Shown one piece after another: positions 30,588 to 39,992 of a stretch of 64,000 bases of DNA. The stretch is taken from positions 2,688,001 through 2,752,000 of the forward strand of contig OY761159.2 in NCBI GenBank assembly GCA_963664395.2, read 5' to 3'. Every line of letters starts with the position of its first letter. Position 1 is the first letter of the stretch. The position numbers and the translations under genes are program-made. The notes under the pieces are model-generated. The model saw only the letters and a list, made by a program, of their open reading frames with translations, ran no database searches and was not told the origin of the DNA. The stretch is from Candidatus Binatia bacterium (lineage in GTDB: Bacteria; Desulfobacterota; Binatia; Bin18).

Positions 30588-31703
30588 CTACTTAATCACC
30601 AGTATAGTGCCCTTTGGATAGTCTCCTGGTCTGTTTTTCTTACGGCCACTAATCACTTCCAGACGCCGGGCCATCTCCAACGGCTTGAGGGTTCCTTGCT
30701 TGAGGTGCATCGCTTCGGAGTACGGTGTCTCAAACAGAACGTAGTCTTCAATAGCTTCAATCGATACAGTCCCGCCGCCACCGAATTGCTTTACTATAAT
30801 CGCCTGCAAATTTGCGAGATCGGGAGTGGGTTCGAAAAGGGTGGGGCCTTGCGCTGCAGTATAATCTGAAAAAATTTCTCCTCCTCCCGGATCAACTTTC
30901 CACATTGCTTGTTTCATTTTTGAAAGGCCAAGCTTATTGCTCGTACCAAAGACTAAATAATACAAGAGGGAATTATTGATATCGGTCATCGCAAAGGCAC
31001 GGACATACTTAAACCCAACGGTATTGATGAGCTGATTCTTATAGAGCCCAATAAGAAATTCTTGTCTCTCGTCAGGCTCGGTCATATCTTGTACAGGACG
31101 CCAATCCTCGCAGCCGTATAGCTCATTAAGCCGTGGAGCGATCTTCTCTTCAGTAACGAACCTGTTGATGCTTTGATACATGAAGGTAATAAGCACCTCG
31201 CATCTTTCGTGCTGTGCGAGACGGACTAGAGTGCTCAGCGGGATGCCTGAGTAACCGAATGGATCTATGAAAGCAAAGGTCGGTGCTAAACGTCGGTTAT
31301 TCTCCTCTGCAAACTGTAACACCCTGTTGAGATAGGGATCGAATTCATCACACAACGTCTGAGTGGTCACCCATGGAGGCAGGTCAGGCGAGAGGCCTTC
31401 TATTATCGATTCGAGGGATTCAAATCGCTTGGGCTCCTGCTCTATGAAGGCAAATGAGAATTGGCAATTCCTCTTTCCAGTTTGCAGGTAGGTATGATTC
31501 CGGATTGTATCTAAGGCAATAACAGGAGAGCCTGGTTCACCTTCATTATAGCGCCCTGGACCGGCGAAGCCATCAAGGAAAAAGACTTTACCCTGAAAAC
31601 GCGAGATTATCGGTAGCCAGGCTTCAAGATAGCGCTGCAAGATGATGTGCTTGGCTTTTGTGTGAGGCTCCAGTTCCCATATTATGCTTTTTTGATTTGC
31701 CAT
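30588..31703 (-). CDS. tcmP: Three-Cys-motif partner protein TcmP (SAM methyltransferase-like fold)
   Basis: [60 protein letters not shown]. Confidence 0.85.
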   Translation of the reverse strand: MANQKSIIWELEPHTKAKHIILQRYLEAWLPIISRFQGKVFFLDGFAGPGRYNEGEPGSPVIALDTIRNHTYLQTGKRNCQFSFAFIEQEPKRFESLESIIEGLSPDLPPWVTTQTLCDEFDPYLNRVLQFAEENNRRLAPTFAFIDPFGYSGIPLSTLVRLAQHERCEVLITFMYQSINRFVTEEKIAPRLNELYGCEDWRPVQDMTEPDERQEFLIGLYKNQLINTVGFKYVRAFAMTDINNSLLYYLVFGTSNKLGLSKMKQAMWKVDPGGGEIFSDYTAAQGPTLFEPTPDLANLQAIIVKQFGGGGTVSIEAIEDYVLFETPYSEAMHLKQGTLKPLEMARRLEVISGRKKNRPGDYPKGTILVIK

Positions 31704-32448
31704 AAGCGAGGGATAAAGATTTACCATGGATACGATGGCCACCTTTGGGCATAGCGAACCAGGTCTTGCCGTCCAGCGTCCGACCGCCAGACTTCGCCGT
31801 CCTCCCTCCCCATTGCTTGAAGAAGAACGCGGTATTGGAAGTGAGGCATTGATCACGGATTGCGCGTACCCAAGACGGGTCAATGTGTCGATGGTTTGGG
31901 CCGCTTTCCCCCCCGACAATCACCCAATCAACTCCGCGCAAGCTAAACTTGGGGAACGGAGCGAGCAACGGCTCTATCGACAGGAAACGAACGGCTGCCT
32001 TGACCCGACGGAGTTCATCAAGCCTTCTTAAATATCTTGGCGACTCAATAGAGACGCCCTGCCACACATTTTCCGGCCACGGCAGTCTGGGCGCCATCTC
32101 TGCGAGTCGTTCTGCTCTTTTTGTGAGGACTTGATAGGTATGCTGCGGCGTTGACACCATGACTTTGAATACTGCTTGGATGAAGTGCTCAGGAACGGTG
32201 TCGTGAAAGAGGTCGCTCATACTATTCACAAAGATAAGCCGCGGCTTTTTCCACTTCCGTGGTTGCTCCAATACGTCGTCGTGCAGCGCGACTGAGAAGC
32301 CATCTTTGTAGCGAGCTACACCCATTGCCTGGAGCCGCCTTGCCATGCGTTCGGCATAACAATGCTTGCACCCCGGGCTGATCTTGGTGCAGCCTGTTAC
32401 CGGATTCCATGTTGCCTCTGTCCATTCTATTGGAGATTGACTCGCCAT
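31624..32448 (-). CDS. DUF5131 (phage Gp37/Gp68) three-Cys, radical-SAM-like protein
   Basis: [26 protein letters not shown] (Cx6Cx2C), [41 protein letters not shown]. Confidence 0.92.
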   Translation of the reverse strand: MASQSPIEWTEATWNPVTGCTKISPGCKHCYAERMARRLQAMGVARYKDGFSVALHDDVLEQPRKWKKPRLIFVNSMSDLFHDTVPEHFIQAVFKVMVSTPQHTYQVLTKRAERLAEMAPRLPWPENVWQGVSIESPRYLRRLDELRRVKAAVRFLSIEPLLAPFPKFSLRGVDWVIVGGESGPNHRHIDPSWVRAIRDQCLTSNTAFFFKQWGGRTAKSGGRTLDGKTWFAMPKGGHRIHGKSLSLAYGKSKKHNMGTGASHKSQAHHLAALS

Positions 32449-32549
32449 AGTTATGCCTCCTTAGAATATTCGCCTTTTATTCGCCTTTTACTATTCTCCG
32501 GCAGCACTCTATGGTTGTCAACCATATTAGAAAATTGTTACATCGCGCT

Positions 32550-32966
32550 TCATGGGTTCGCGGTCGCTACCGTCGGCTCTTCTCCTGGCGGATAGACGTA
32601 AATAGCGATGGCTTTTCCTGTCCTATCTGCAGGTACACCAAGGAAGATACTCGCGACTTTGGCACCAGCACCTGGTTCGCTGATCGCGTCGAGAATCACT
32701 CCGTTGGCACCCATCTCAGCGGCTTTCTTCCGCATAGATTCGTACATCTGCGGCTCGTTCGTTGAGGCGAAGTTTCCTTTTGAGTGCAGGAGTGCGATTT
32801 CTTCGTACTTACCGGGCACCTGATTGGCTGTCCGGTAGAGCTTGACCATCGCCACATTGGTCGTGGCACGGTTCACCCTTGCCGTACCCAACATGGTCGC
32901 GTTGGTTGTGACGCAGCCAGCAACAAATGCCAGCCCTACGCATACTGCTACTCGTAGTACTCTCAC
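32550..32966 (-). CDS. Putative lipoprotein (YbjQ/heavy-metal-binding-like fold)
   Basis: AGGAGG then GTG; lipobox VAGC; MRKKAAEMGANGVIL...GKAI. Confidence 0.7.
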   Translation of the reverse strand: MRVLRVAVCVGLAFVAGCVTTNATMLGTARVNRATTNVAMVKLYRTANQVPGKYEEIALLHSKGNFASTNEPQMYESMRKKAAEMGANGVILDAISEPGAGAKVASIFLGVPADRTGKAIAIYVYPPGEEPTVATANP

Positions 32967-33016
32967 GAACCCCTCCTTATTATGTGCTGAGGAGAATAAC
33001 CTGCTCAGCACATAAC

Positions 33017-33216
33017 GGGTAGTGCCTCATTTTGAATTACGGTGTGGGTAGGGGCGATGTTCGTCCGTGCCCCGGTCGTCAGGTCAAGTGGCCGCGTTCC
33101 CGCCCGGGCATCCAGAGCCGGTGCCACGCTGGCGGCAGCGGGATTCCTACTTCCGCAGGAATGACGGGAGGTAGGCCTGGACACCTGAGAGGGGATTTCA
33201 AACTGAGGCGCTACCC
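33017..33216. mobile_element. MITE-like non-autonomous element, 200 bp, 20-bp terminal inverted repeats
   Basis: Left end GGGTAGTGCCTCATTTTGAA (33017-33036). Reverse complement of the right end (33197-33216) is GGGTAGCGCCTCAGTTTGAA, an 18/20 match. No convincing internal gene; internal REP-like hairpins. Confidence 0.75.
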
Positions 33217-33324
33217 AAAAACGTATTGTCAAGTAATTTTTTAGGAGAGAAAAGTAAGGCCCTTTAATTCGGAGTGCGGGCTGGGCTGCGCGCTGAGGAG
33301 CGGTGGATCTGAGGACCCGGGACT

Positions 33325-33993
33325 CTAGATCAACCATTTTTCCGTCCGATAGGCCTGTTCCCAAAAGAGATATTCGTACCGACAGCTCTGGATAAAGTGC
33401 TCTTCCCACTGTTTTTGTTCGCCACCGGAACTGTCCTGGGCAAGACGGTCGATCAGGTCAAGCTGCTGCTGGACGTGGGCGCCAAACCCCTCGCCGCTAT
33501 AGGCTTGGGTCCACTCTGCGTAGAGCGGGTCAGTTGGAGGCGTTGCGTTTAGCTTTTTGCCGACTTCCCAATAGATCCAATAACAAGGCAGAACGGCAGC
33601 AACGATTTCAGCCAAGCTGCCACTATGAGCTACTGCGAGAAGATGCCGGGTGTAGGCCTGTGTGACGGGTGCGCGTTCGGTCTGGGCCAAGTCTTGTGGT
33701 GTGAGGCCGAGCTTGTCACTCCAGTTGGTGTGCAGGTTGCGTTCGACCTGGACCACGGTGGCCGCATGTTCGGCGAACATATGGAGTACATCTAAAGAGG
33801 CGGCCTTTGCTCCGCCTAGGCATAGGACACGGGCGAAATCCTGTAAGTACAGATAATCCTGCTGAACAAAAAAAAGAAAGCGCGGGCGGCTGAGCGTGCC
33901 GGCTCCGAGTTCTTTGATAAAAGGATGGGAAAAAATGGCCTCCCAGATGGGTCGCGCGGCGGTGCGTAAGGTGTGATGAAAGGTCTGCGACAT
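33325..33993 (-). CDS. tenA: Thiaminase II / aminopyrimidine aminohydrolase TenA
   Basis: HPFIKEL..GTL, QDYLYL, AYTRHL, LPCYWIY (catalytic Cys), EYLFW. Confidence 0.9.
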   Translation of the reverse strand: MSQTFHHTLRTAARPIWEAIFSHPFIKELGAGTLSRPRFLFFVQQDYLYLQDFARVLCLGGAKAASLDVLHMFAEHAATVVQVERNLHTNWSDKLGLTPQDLAQTERAPVTQAYTRHLLAVAHSGSLAEIVAAVLPCYWIYWEVGKKLNATPPTDPLYAEWTQAYSGEGFGAHVQQQLDLIDRLAQDSSGGEQKQWEEHFIQSCRYEYLFWEQAYRTEKWLI

Positions 33994-34022
33994 GAAGAAC
34001 TGTTCCCTTCCGTTATAGCGAA

Positions 34023-35090
34023 CTAGGCCGAGAGCTGTTTCAAGGCTGGCAAGACTTCGCGATTAAAGAGTGTATCGTGAAGCGTCAGATGAAAGCACTC
34101 GACCCCAAGCTGATGAAACTCTTGTACACGTTGCAAGATGGTATCCGGACTGCCGATTAAGCCGCTGGCATAGCCTTCATTGGAGTCGAGCATGGCGAGC
34201 TTGTTCTCCTTGTCTGCCCACATGCCTTGCGCGCCGCTGACCCGCTTGCCTCGGCGTTCCAGTAGGGTCTCATCGACCGCATTTATCATCGTCGTGATTT
34301 CTGCCGCGGCTTCCGCATCCGTGCGCCGACACAGGGGGATGGAGTAGAGGGCAAAGCGGAGCTGGCGGCCGGTTTTTGCGGTCCGTTTGCGAACGGCCTC
34401 GATGATGCCGGCTATTTTTTCTGGGGAGCCGCCGTTTAAGAACATCCAGTCCGAATGGTGGGCGGCCATATTCATTGCCGCCTCGGATTGTCCGCCCTGA
34501 AACACCTCAAGCGAGCTGACTGGGCGCGGTTCAAGTCGCAGGCCATTGACCTGATAAAAGCGCCCGGCAAACGAAAACTCTTCGTGCGTCCAGGCGCCCC
34601 GCAGGATTTGGATGAACTCGCTCGTCCGGGCGTAGCGTTCATCGTGTTCGATGAGTTCGGCCCCGTACATTCCAAACTCGGCCTCATGCCAACCCGAGGT
34701 CACATTGATTGACCAACGGCCATGGGTGAGACGGTCAAGCGTAGCACTCCATTTCGCAATAGGGGCCGGCAGAAAAAATCCCGGATGAATGGCGGTAATC
34801 AAGTGGATGTGCGTAGTGTGTGCAGCATAGAAATCCGTCATCGCCAGGCAGTCGTATGAAGATCCCTCAATCTCCTCCCCCGTCCCCCACCAGCGTTGGG
34901 CAACGAGCAAGTAGTCAACGCCTAAGGCCTCAGCCTTCTGGACCGGGGAGAGTAAACGCTTCACCAGAGCAGGACCGGACCGGCCGGTATGGGTGAGTAC
35001 CCCCTTTGGCTCCTCCCCTTTGGCTTTCCGTGTCAGGTCTGGAGCGGCAAGGGCGGTTGGGGCCCAGGTACATGTTTTGATGGCTGCCAT
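34023..35090 (-). CDS. LLM monooxygenase, SsuD/SfnG-like
   Basis: YLLVAQRW, LITAIHPG, GRWSINVTSGW, EHDERYAR, FQGGQS, LIGSPDTI. Confidence 0.85.
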   Translation of the reverse strand: MAAIKTCTWAPTALAAPDLTRKAKGEEPKGVLTHTGRSGPALVKRLLSPVQKAEALGVDYLLVAQRWWGTGEEIEGSSYDCLAMTDFYAAHTTHIHLITAIHPGFFLPAPIAKWSATLDRLTHGRWSINVTSGWHEAEFGMYGAELIEHDERYARTSEFIQILRGAWTHEEFSFAGRFYQVNGLRLEPRPVSSLEVFQGGQSEAAMNMAAHHSDWMFLNGGSPEKIAGIIEAVRKRTAKTGRQLRFALYSIPLCRRTDAEAAAEITTMINAVDETLLERRGKRVSGAQGMWADKENKLAMLDSNEGYASGLIGSPDTILQRVQEFHQLGVECFHLTLHDTLFNREVLPALKQLSA

Positions 35091-35133
35091 AATCGATATG
35101 CTGTAAGTAAGGGGGGGCTCTGCCTGCCGTGCG

Positions 35134-35790
35134 TCACACAAATCGCAGCTCGGCATCGAGTACGCCGTCTTCATACTGGGCTACGATATACCCGCCCGCC
35201 GCAAAGGGACCGGCGTTCAGTATTTTTGTGCGTCCGATCATATCGACTCCTGGAGACTCATGGATATGACCCGTGATGCATAAGTGAGGCTGCTGTTCCG
35301 CGATGAATTGGCGGACGGCTGGGCTGCCAACCGGTCTTCCATCAGTGAGCCGGTCGAGCTTGGTCGCATAGGGTGGCGTATGACAGACCATAATATGACA
35401 CGCGGCAGGCGGAATAGCGGCGACTGCTTGTTGCAGGACGTGCCACAGTACTTCATCCGTATACTCTAACGGGGTCTGGAACGGAGTCAGATTTGACCCC
35501 CCGCAGCCATAGATGGCGACGTCGCCATAGCACTGATGTTCCCCATGCAAGCTCACCCGTTCAGCCTGGAGAAATGGAATAGTCTCTGGCTGGTCCAGGT
35601 TGCCCGGTAGTGCCCGGACTGTCGGACAGTATGTTTGAGCGGTCCGAATCACGTGCCGGACGGCGTGCGGCCCCCCAAAGTTTGTCAGATCACCCGAGAG
35701 AAGAACCACATCAGCGCTCGTTAGCTCCAGGCTGATTGTTTCCATTTGCGCGGTGGCCATATGTATGTCGCCAAACGACACGATCTTCAT
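35134..35790 (-). CDS. Calcineurin-like metallophosphoesterase (Icc-related)
   Basis: GDIH, SGDLT, PGNLD, HTPP, GS.AV, GHIHE. Confidence 0.88.
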   Translation of the reverse strand: MKIVSFGDIHMATAQMETISLELTSADVVLLSGDLTNFGGPHAVRHVIRTAQTYCPTVRALPGNLDQPETIPFLQAERVSLHGEHQCYGDVAIYGCGGSNLTPFQTPLEYTDEVLWHVLQQAVAAIPPAACHIMVCHTPPYATKLDRLTDGRPVGSPAVRQFIAEQQPHLCITGHIHESPGVDMIGRTKILNAGPFAAGGYIVAQYEDGVLDAELRFV

Positions 35791-35953
35791 GAAGGGCGCC
35801 TTGCGGAAAGAAAAGAAGGAGGTTCTTTTGGACTTGTAATGGATTCCGGTGTGAGGGTCAACGCATAGGCAAGAGGGTTTGCCCTGACACTGCTCTTGCA
35901 AAAGTCATCAGAATCAGGAAATACTACTGGGACCTCTGGAATATAGTGCGTTT

Positions 35954-36250
35954 ATGCCGAAAAATATCAGATCGAAAGTGCTCGCTATTGGTCGTCCATT
36001 GCGAGTGGAGATTGAGCTTGATGGTGAATGGCTCGAACGCCTCCGTGGGATATTGCAGGGGATGGAGGAAGGAGAGGGTTCCTACCCACTTCATCGTTAT
36101 CTCGAAGAACTCCTGGAAGCGGATATCGTCTACCGGGAAGGCGATGTGCGGCATCGTAGACGGTTTGTAGAACGAGAAGCGCTTATCCGCTGGGTCCGTG
36201 AACAACGGCTGTATGGCCAGACTCCACGCACCTCCGCGAATAAGCGTTAG
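35954..36250 (+). CDS. Hypothetical protein
   Basis: 98-aa ORF filling the gap between divergent genes; plausible composition. Confidence 0.5.
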   Translation: MPKNIRSKVLAIGRPLRVEIELDGEWLERLRGILQGMEEGEGSYPLHRYLEELLEADIVYREGDVRHRRRFVEREALIRWVREQRLYGQTPRTSANKR

Positions 36251-36349
36251 TGGCGAGGGATAGTGACCGTTTCCTTGCCACGCTCGATACCTAGGCTTCC
36301 CGAATAGGATTGACATAATGCCCCATAGGCGGTCAATCACTCTCCGTGT

Positions 36350-37102
36350 ATGAGCTTGGCCAATCTGCGTATAGTTCTTGTCCGGCCGAAATATTCCGGC
36401 AATATCGGCGCGACCGCACGGGCTATGCGGAACTGTGGGATTGATGAGTTACACCTCGTAAACCCGGACCCAATACAGCAGGATGTGGCTGCCGCGCTCG
36501 CAGTCCACGCCAAAGACGTTCTGGATACTATGCAGATACACCGGTCCCTTCGTGCGGCCGTCAGCCCCTGCGGTCTCGTTGTTGGGACAACGTGCCGAGC
36601 CGGCTTGTATCGAGAGGGCGCGGACGCTCTTGAGAGCCGTGCGCCCGAAATTGCAGCAAGCCTCAAAAGAAATCGTGTGGCGCTCGTTTTCGGCCCGGAA
36701 GACAGCGGATTGACCAATGAGGATTTACTCTGTTGCCACACATTACTGACGATCCCAACCGACCCTGGGTTTGCCTCACTGAATATTGCGCAGGCTGTCC
36801 TGCTGTGTTGCTATGCTGTTTTCCGCAGGGCACGGCATACAGCGGATGTTGATCCACCTGTATTAGCGCCTTCTGAGCGGCAGGAATTGATGTACGCAAA
36901 GCTCAAAGCTGCTCTCTTACAGGTCGGCTTTCTGCCCCAGGACAATCCTGACCACATCATGCTCGCCCTTCGTCGTATTTTTGGCAAAGCCGGCCTGGAA
37001 GATCGCGACGTCCGTATCCTGCTCGGCATTGCCCATCAAATCGAGTGGTATGCCAAAGGGGGATGGCAGCGCCGGGAACAGGCCGAGCATAGGTCGTCAT
37101 GA
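36350..37102 (+). CDS. trmJ: tRNA 2'-O-methyltransferase, TrmJ/LasT (SPOUT) family
   Basis: GNIGATARAMRNCG, LVFGPEDSGLTNE, SLNIAQAV. Confidence 0.88.
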   Translation: MSLANLRIVLVRPKYSGNIGATARAMRNCGIDELHLVNPDPIQQDVAAALAVHAKDVLDTMQIHRSLRAAVSPCGLVVGTTCRAGLYREGADALESRAPEIAASLKRNRVALVFGPEDSGLTNEDLLCCHTLLTIPTDPGFASLNIAQAVLLCCYAVFRRARHTADVDPPVLAPSERQELMYAKLKAALLQVGFLPQDNPDHIMLALRRIFGKAGLEDRDVRILLGIAHQIEWYAKGGWQRREQAEHRSS

Positions 37103-37121
37103 TGCACAGCGGCATACCACG

Positions 37122-37165
37122 TTGAGCGAAGGTTGAGCCAAGATTGGGCAAGAATTGAGCCAAGA
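37122..37165 (+). repeat. Four 11-bp direct repeats (consensus TTGAGCCAAGA)
   Basis: ttgagcgaagg / ttgagccaaga / ttgggcaagaa / ttgagccaaga, ending just before the GTG at 37168. Confidence 0.7.
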
Positions 37166-37167
37166 TA

Positions 37168-37380
37168 GTGGCTGAGATCATTTACTTACGGAAGATTATA
37201 CAGGCTCGCCGTCGCGAGCAGGAGCAAGAGTCTGCAACTCGTTGTGTGGAGATTGTGGAGAAGAGTCTGCGTCACCACATAGAGGAGTTTGCGCACGCCC
37301 CGCCACAGGAGTGGGCGGTCCGCGCCACAAAGATTCGTAAGCTCGGGGAAGTATTGGAGTATTCAACAAACCTGGTCTAG
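37168..37380 (+). CDS. Small hypothetical protein
   Basis: MAEIIYLRKIIQARRREQE..., 70 aa, helical. Confidence 0.6.
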   Translation: MAEIIYLRKIIQARRREQEQESATRCVEIVEKSLRHHIEEFAHAPPQEWAVRATKIRKLGEVLEYSTNLV

Positions 37381-37446
37381 ACCACGATATCCATCTGTTT
37401 TCTTCAGGCCCGCCTATGTTTGTGTGAACGAGAAGAAAGGAACGGC

Positions 37447-38031
37447 ATGGCAAAAGCAGCCCCACAATCTACGAGCAAAACAGCAGCAAAAAAGACGGTC
37501 GGAGCGAAAAAGACGGCAAGCCGTCCGCGGAAAAGTCCGGTCAGGAAACCTGCGGTCACGAATGATCCGTCGGTCCATGAAGCGATTCTGACATTACAGC
37601 AACGGCTCGAAACGTTGGAGGAAAAGCTTTCGCAGGGCTTGACTGCATTCGTGGCTGAGGTCGAGAAACTCCGCTCTGTGACCGACCCTCCTCGATCCGG
37701 CTTGACCGAGGAAGCTCTTGGATCTCTCTTCCAAGAGACGCTGCAGAAGAATATCGAGGAGCACATGGAACCAGTGACGACCACGCTCCGACGTATTGAA
37801 GAGCGGGTTGGTTTTATTGGGAATCGTTTGAAATCGTCAGGCGGAGGAGGGAAGAATAAGTCGTGGCGCCGGGAGCAGTCGCCAAATGCTCGTCCTAAAG
37901 GACCAAATCCCCCCCGCTCAGGGCAGAACCAAGGACAGGATTGGACGCCTCCATCGGCAGCCTCGGTCCAAGGGCATTTTGCACCGCGTCCAGTGAGTCT
38001 GGATCACTTGGCCCGGGAAGATGACGAATAG
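37447..38031 (+). CDS. Hypothetical protein with a Lys/Ala-rich N-terminus, coiled coil and disordered tail
   Basis: AAGGAA RBS; MAKAAPQSTSKTAAKKTVGAKK..., LQQRLETLEEKL. Confidence 0.7.
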   Translation: MAKAAPQSTSKTAAKKTVGAKKTASRPRKSPVRKPAVTNDPSVHEAILTLQQRLETLEEKLSQGLTAFVAEVEKLRSVTDPPRSGLTEEALGSLFQETLQKNIEEHMEPVTTTLRRIEERVGFIGNRLKSSGGGGKNKSWRREQSPNARPKGPNPPRSGQNQGQDWTPPSAASVQGHFAPRPVSLDHLAREDDE

Positions 38032-38064
38032 GGCGGGGTGTTGGCTGCGGAGAATATCGGAATG

Positions 38065-38535
38065 CTAGTCGACAGCGTGTGGGTCCGCTCGGAGCGCAAT
38101 ATCACGTAGAAAAGCGTTCAGCCTGCGTTTGTCTTTCTCCAGAGAAAGAAAGAACTGGGTGGCTTCGGGAAGATCCGGATCCCAAGAAATGGCCTGCTCG
38201 TTATACCGTTGGGCCAGGGCTTGGCCATCCTCAAGGTCGTGAATAACCCGGGACCAGTGATTGTGTCCTCCTTTTGGTGCAGCCTCTTCTGCACTACACT
38301 CGCCCTCCAACTCTACGATTTTATCCTGAATACGTTTTGTAATGCGCTCCTGCTCTTTTGCTGCAGTATGAAGTTGATCCGTGCCGGATTGATGGGGCGA
38401 AAGCTCTGCATGCGCGAGGATTTGCTGGGCGAGCTGTTTTTCTGCCCGATAGCTCATCACGAGTACTGGTAATAACTGGTGTGGATCTTTATGTTGTGGC
38501 TCTTCGGAGCCAACAAAGCGTTGCCAAAATCCCAT
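38065..38535 (-). CDS. Hypothetical protein, ferritin-like four-helix bundle
   Basis: All-helical 156 aa with the pattern KIVELEG...DLEDGQALAQRY; GGAG RBS. Confidence 0.6.
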   Translation of the reverse strand: MGFWQRFVGSEEPQHKDPHQLLPVLVMSYRAEKQLAQQILAHAELSPHQSGTDQLHTAAKEQERITKRIQDKIVELEGECSAEEAAPKGGHNHWSRVIHDLEDGQALAQRYNEQAISWDPDLPEATQFFLSLEKDKRRLNAFLRDIALRADPHAVD

Positions 38536-38671
38536 AGTTTTCTCCCGGACCGGAAGTACCGTGCTGGGTATTCCTTGTCAAGGTCGGAAACTGTCCGGTT
38601 TCTTGCTTCCTTCTTTTTCGATGATAAGCTAGTATGATACATAATCGCAGCACGTATAAGAAGGAAGCATA

Positions 38672-38881
38672 ATGGCACGTATTACGGTTGAAGACTGTCT
38701 CGCCCGGATCCCGAATCGATTTGAACTCGTTGTCGTCGCAGCGCAGAGAGCGAAAGATCTCCTCAAAGGAGCGCCGCCGCTGGTTGCCTCAGACAATAAA
38801 GAAGTGGTAACTGCCCTGCGTGAAATTGCTGATGGAAAAGTGTGGAAGGAGGGAGCCCAGGAAGCGATTGAAGAAGGGTAA
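38672..38881 (+). CDS. rpoZ: RNA polymerase omega subunit
   Basis: [26 protein letters not shown]...VTALREIA. Confidence 0.95.
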   Translation: MARITVEDCLARIPNRFELVVVAAQRAKDLLKGAPPLVASDNKEVVTALREIADGKVWKEGAQEAIEEG

Positions 38882-38923
38882 CGGAGTTCTCTTCTTTGCT
38901 TTTCGCTTTGCGATAGAGCTCTT

Positions 38924-39946
38924 ATGAAACGTGTGGCAAAAGATAAAGATCCCGTTCCCGTTCTCGCCGAACCTGAACTCGCCGAATCTGTGCCGGTCGA
39001 GCAGAAAGAGGAGTCCGAACCGCCCATCGAAATCGGTGTCACCACCGCCGCCGAGACTGATAAGATGGAGACGGCTCTCATCCCCACAGATTCTCTCAGT
39101 CGTTACATGGCAGAGATCCGTCGCTATGCCCTGCTCTCCCCTGAAGAGGAGCACGAACTGGCGGTCCAGTATAAAGAGTACGGCGATGTTCAAGCCGCCT
39201 ACCGGCTCGTCACCGCAAACTTACGCTTAGTGGTCATGATTGCCCGGAGATATCAGAGGGCATTTCAAAATCTGCTCGATTTAATCCAAGAGGGCAACGT
39301 TGGGCTTATGGATGCGGTTCGGAACTTTGACCCGTACCGGGGCGTCCGGTTTCCCTCCTATGCGGTCTGGTGGGTGCGGGCGTATATCATTCGTTACATT
39401 ATGAATAATTGGCGTATGGTGAAGCTGGGTACGACCCAAGCCCAGCGCAAACTCTTTTTTAATCTGCAAAAAGAAAAAGAACGCCTGGAAGCCGAGGGGT
39501 TCTCTCCCGAGCCAAAGTTGCTCGCCGAAAAGCTGAGGGTGAAAGAACGTGAGGTCGTGGAGATGGAACAGCGCATGGCAGCGCGGGACCTGTCTGTTGA
39601 TACGCCGATTAACGCGGGTGACGAGTCCGCAACGTTTCTCGACTTCCTCGCGGATCAGGGCTTAAATACAGAGGAAGAAGTCTCGGGGGCAGAGTCCCGA
39701 CAGTTGATTCGTCACAAGCTCGCCGCCTTTGCCCGGACCTTGGAAGGCAAGGAGGACGTGATATTTAATCAGCGCCTCCTTGCCGAAGAGCCCCTGACGC
39801 TTCAGGACATTGGCGACCGGTACGGCATTAGCCGTGAGCGGGTGCGCCAACTCGAAAGCCGGCTCAAGAAAAAGTTAAAGGAATATTTAGTCCGCGAGCT
39901 GCCAGACCTGACGGATTTCAATGTTGGCCTGACTGATGCGAGGTAA
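38924..39946 (+). CDS. rpoH: RNA polymerase sigma-32 factor
   Basis: DLIQEGNVGLM, YAVWWVRAYI, RpoH box KLGTTQAQRKLFFNL, ISRERVRQLE. Confidence 0.92.
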   Translation: MKRVAKDKDPVPVLAEPELAESVPVEQKEESEPPIEIGVTTAAETDKMETALIPTDSLSRYMAEIRRYALLSPEEEHELAVQYKEYGDVQAAYRLVTANLRLVVMIARRYQRAFQNLLDLIQEGNVGLMDAVRNFDPYRGVRFPSYAVWWVRAYIIRYIMNNWRMVKLGTTQAQRKLFFNLQKEKERLEAEGFSPEPKLLAEKLRVKEREVVEMEQRMAARDLSVDTPINAGDESATFLDFLADQGLNTEEEVSGAESRQLIRHKLAAFARTLEGKEDVIFNQRLLAEEPLTLQDIGDRYGISRERVRQLESRLKKKLKEYLVRELPDLTDFNVGLTDAR

Positions 39947-39992
39947 TTTTTCATATTGCCAGAGAGCAGAGAATCGGTTTATGGTGTGAACT

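Noticed and set aside
30460-33250. Prophage, because DUF5131 is labelled phage Gp37/Gp68
   Set aside because: No integrase, structural or replication genes, and no att-like repeats seen.
35790-35954. TPP riboswitch upstream of the tenA operon
   Set aside because: I could not find the CTGAGA and downstream conserved core on the minus strand.
36308-36338. GATTGAC-N17-GTCAATC inverted repeat upstream of trmJ
   Set aside because: 7-bp arms overlapping a likely -35 box, single occurrence; too weak to call an operator.
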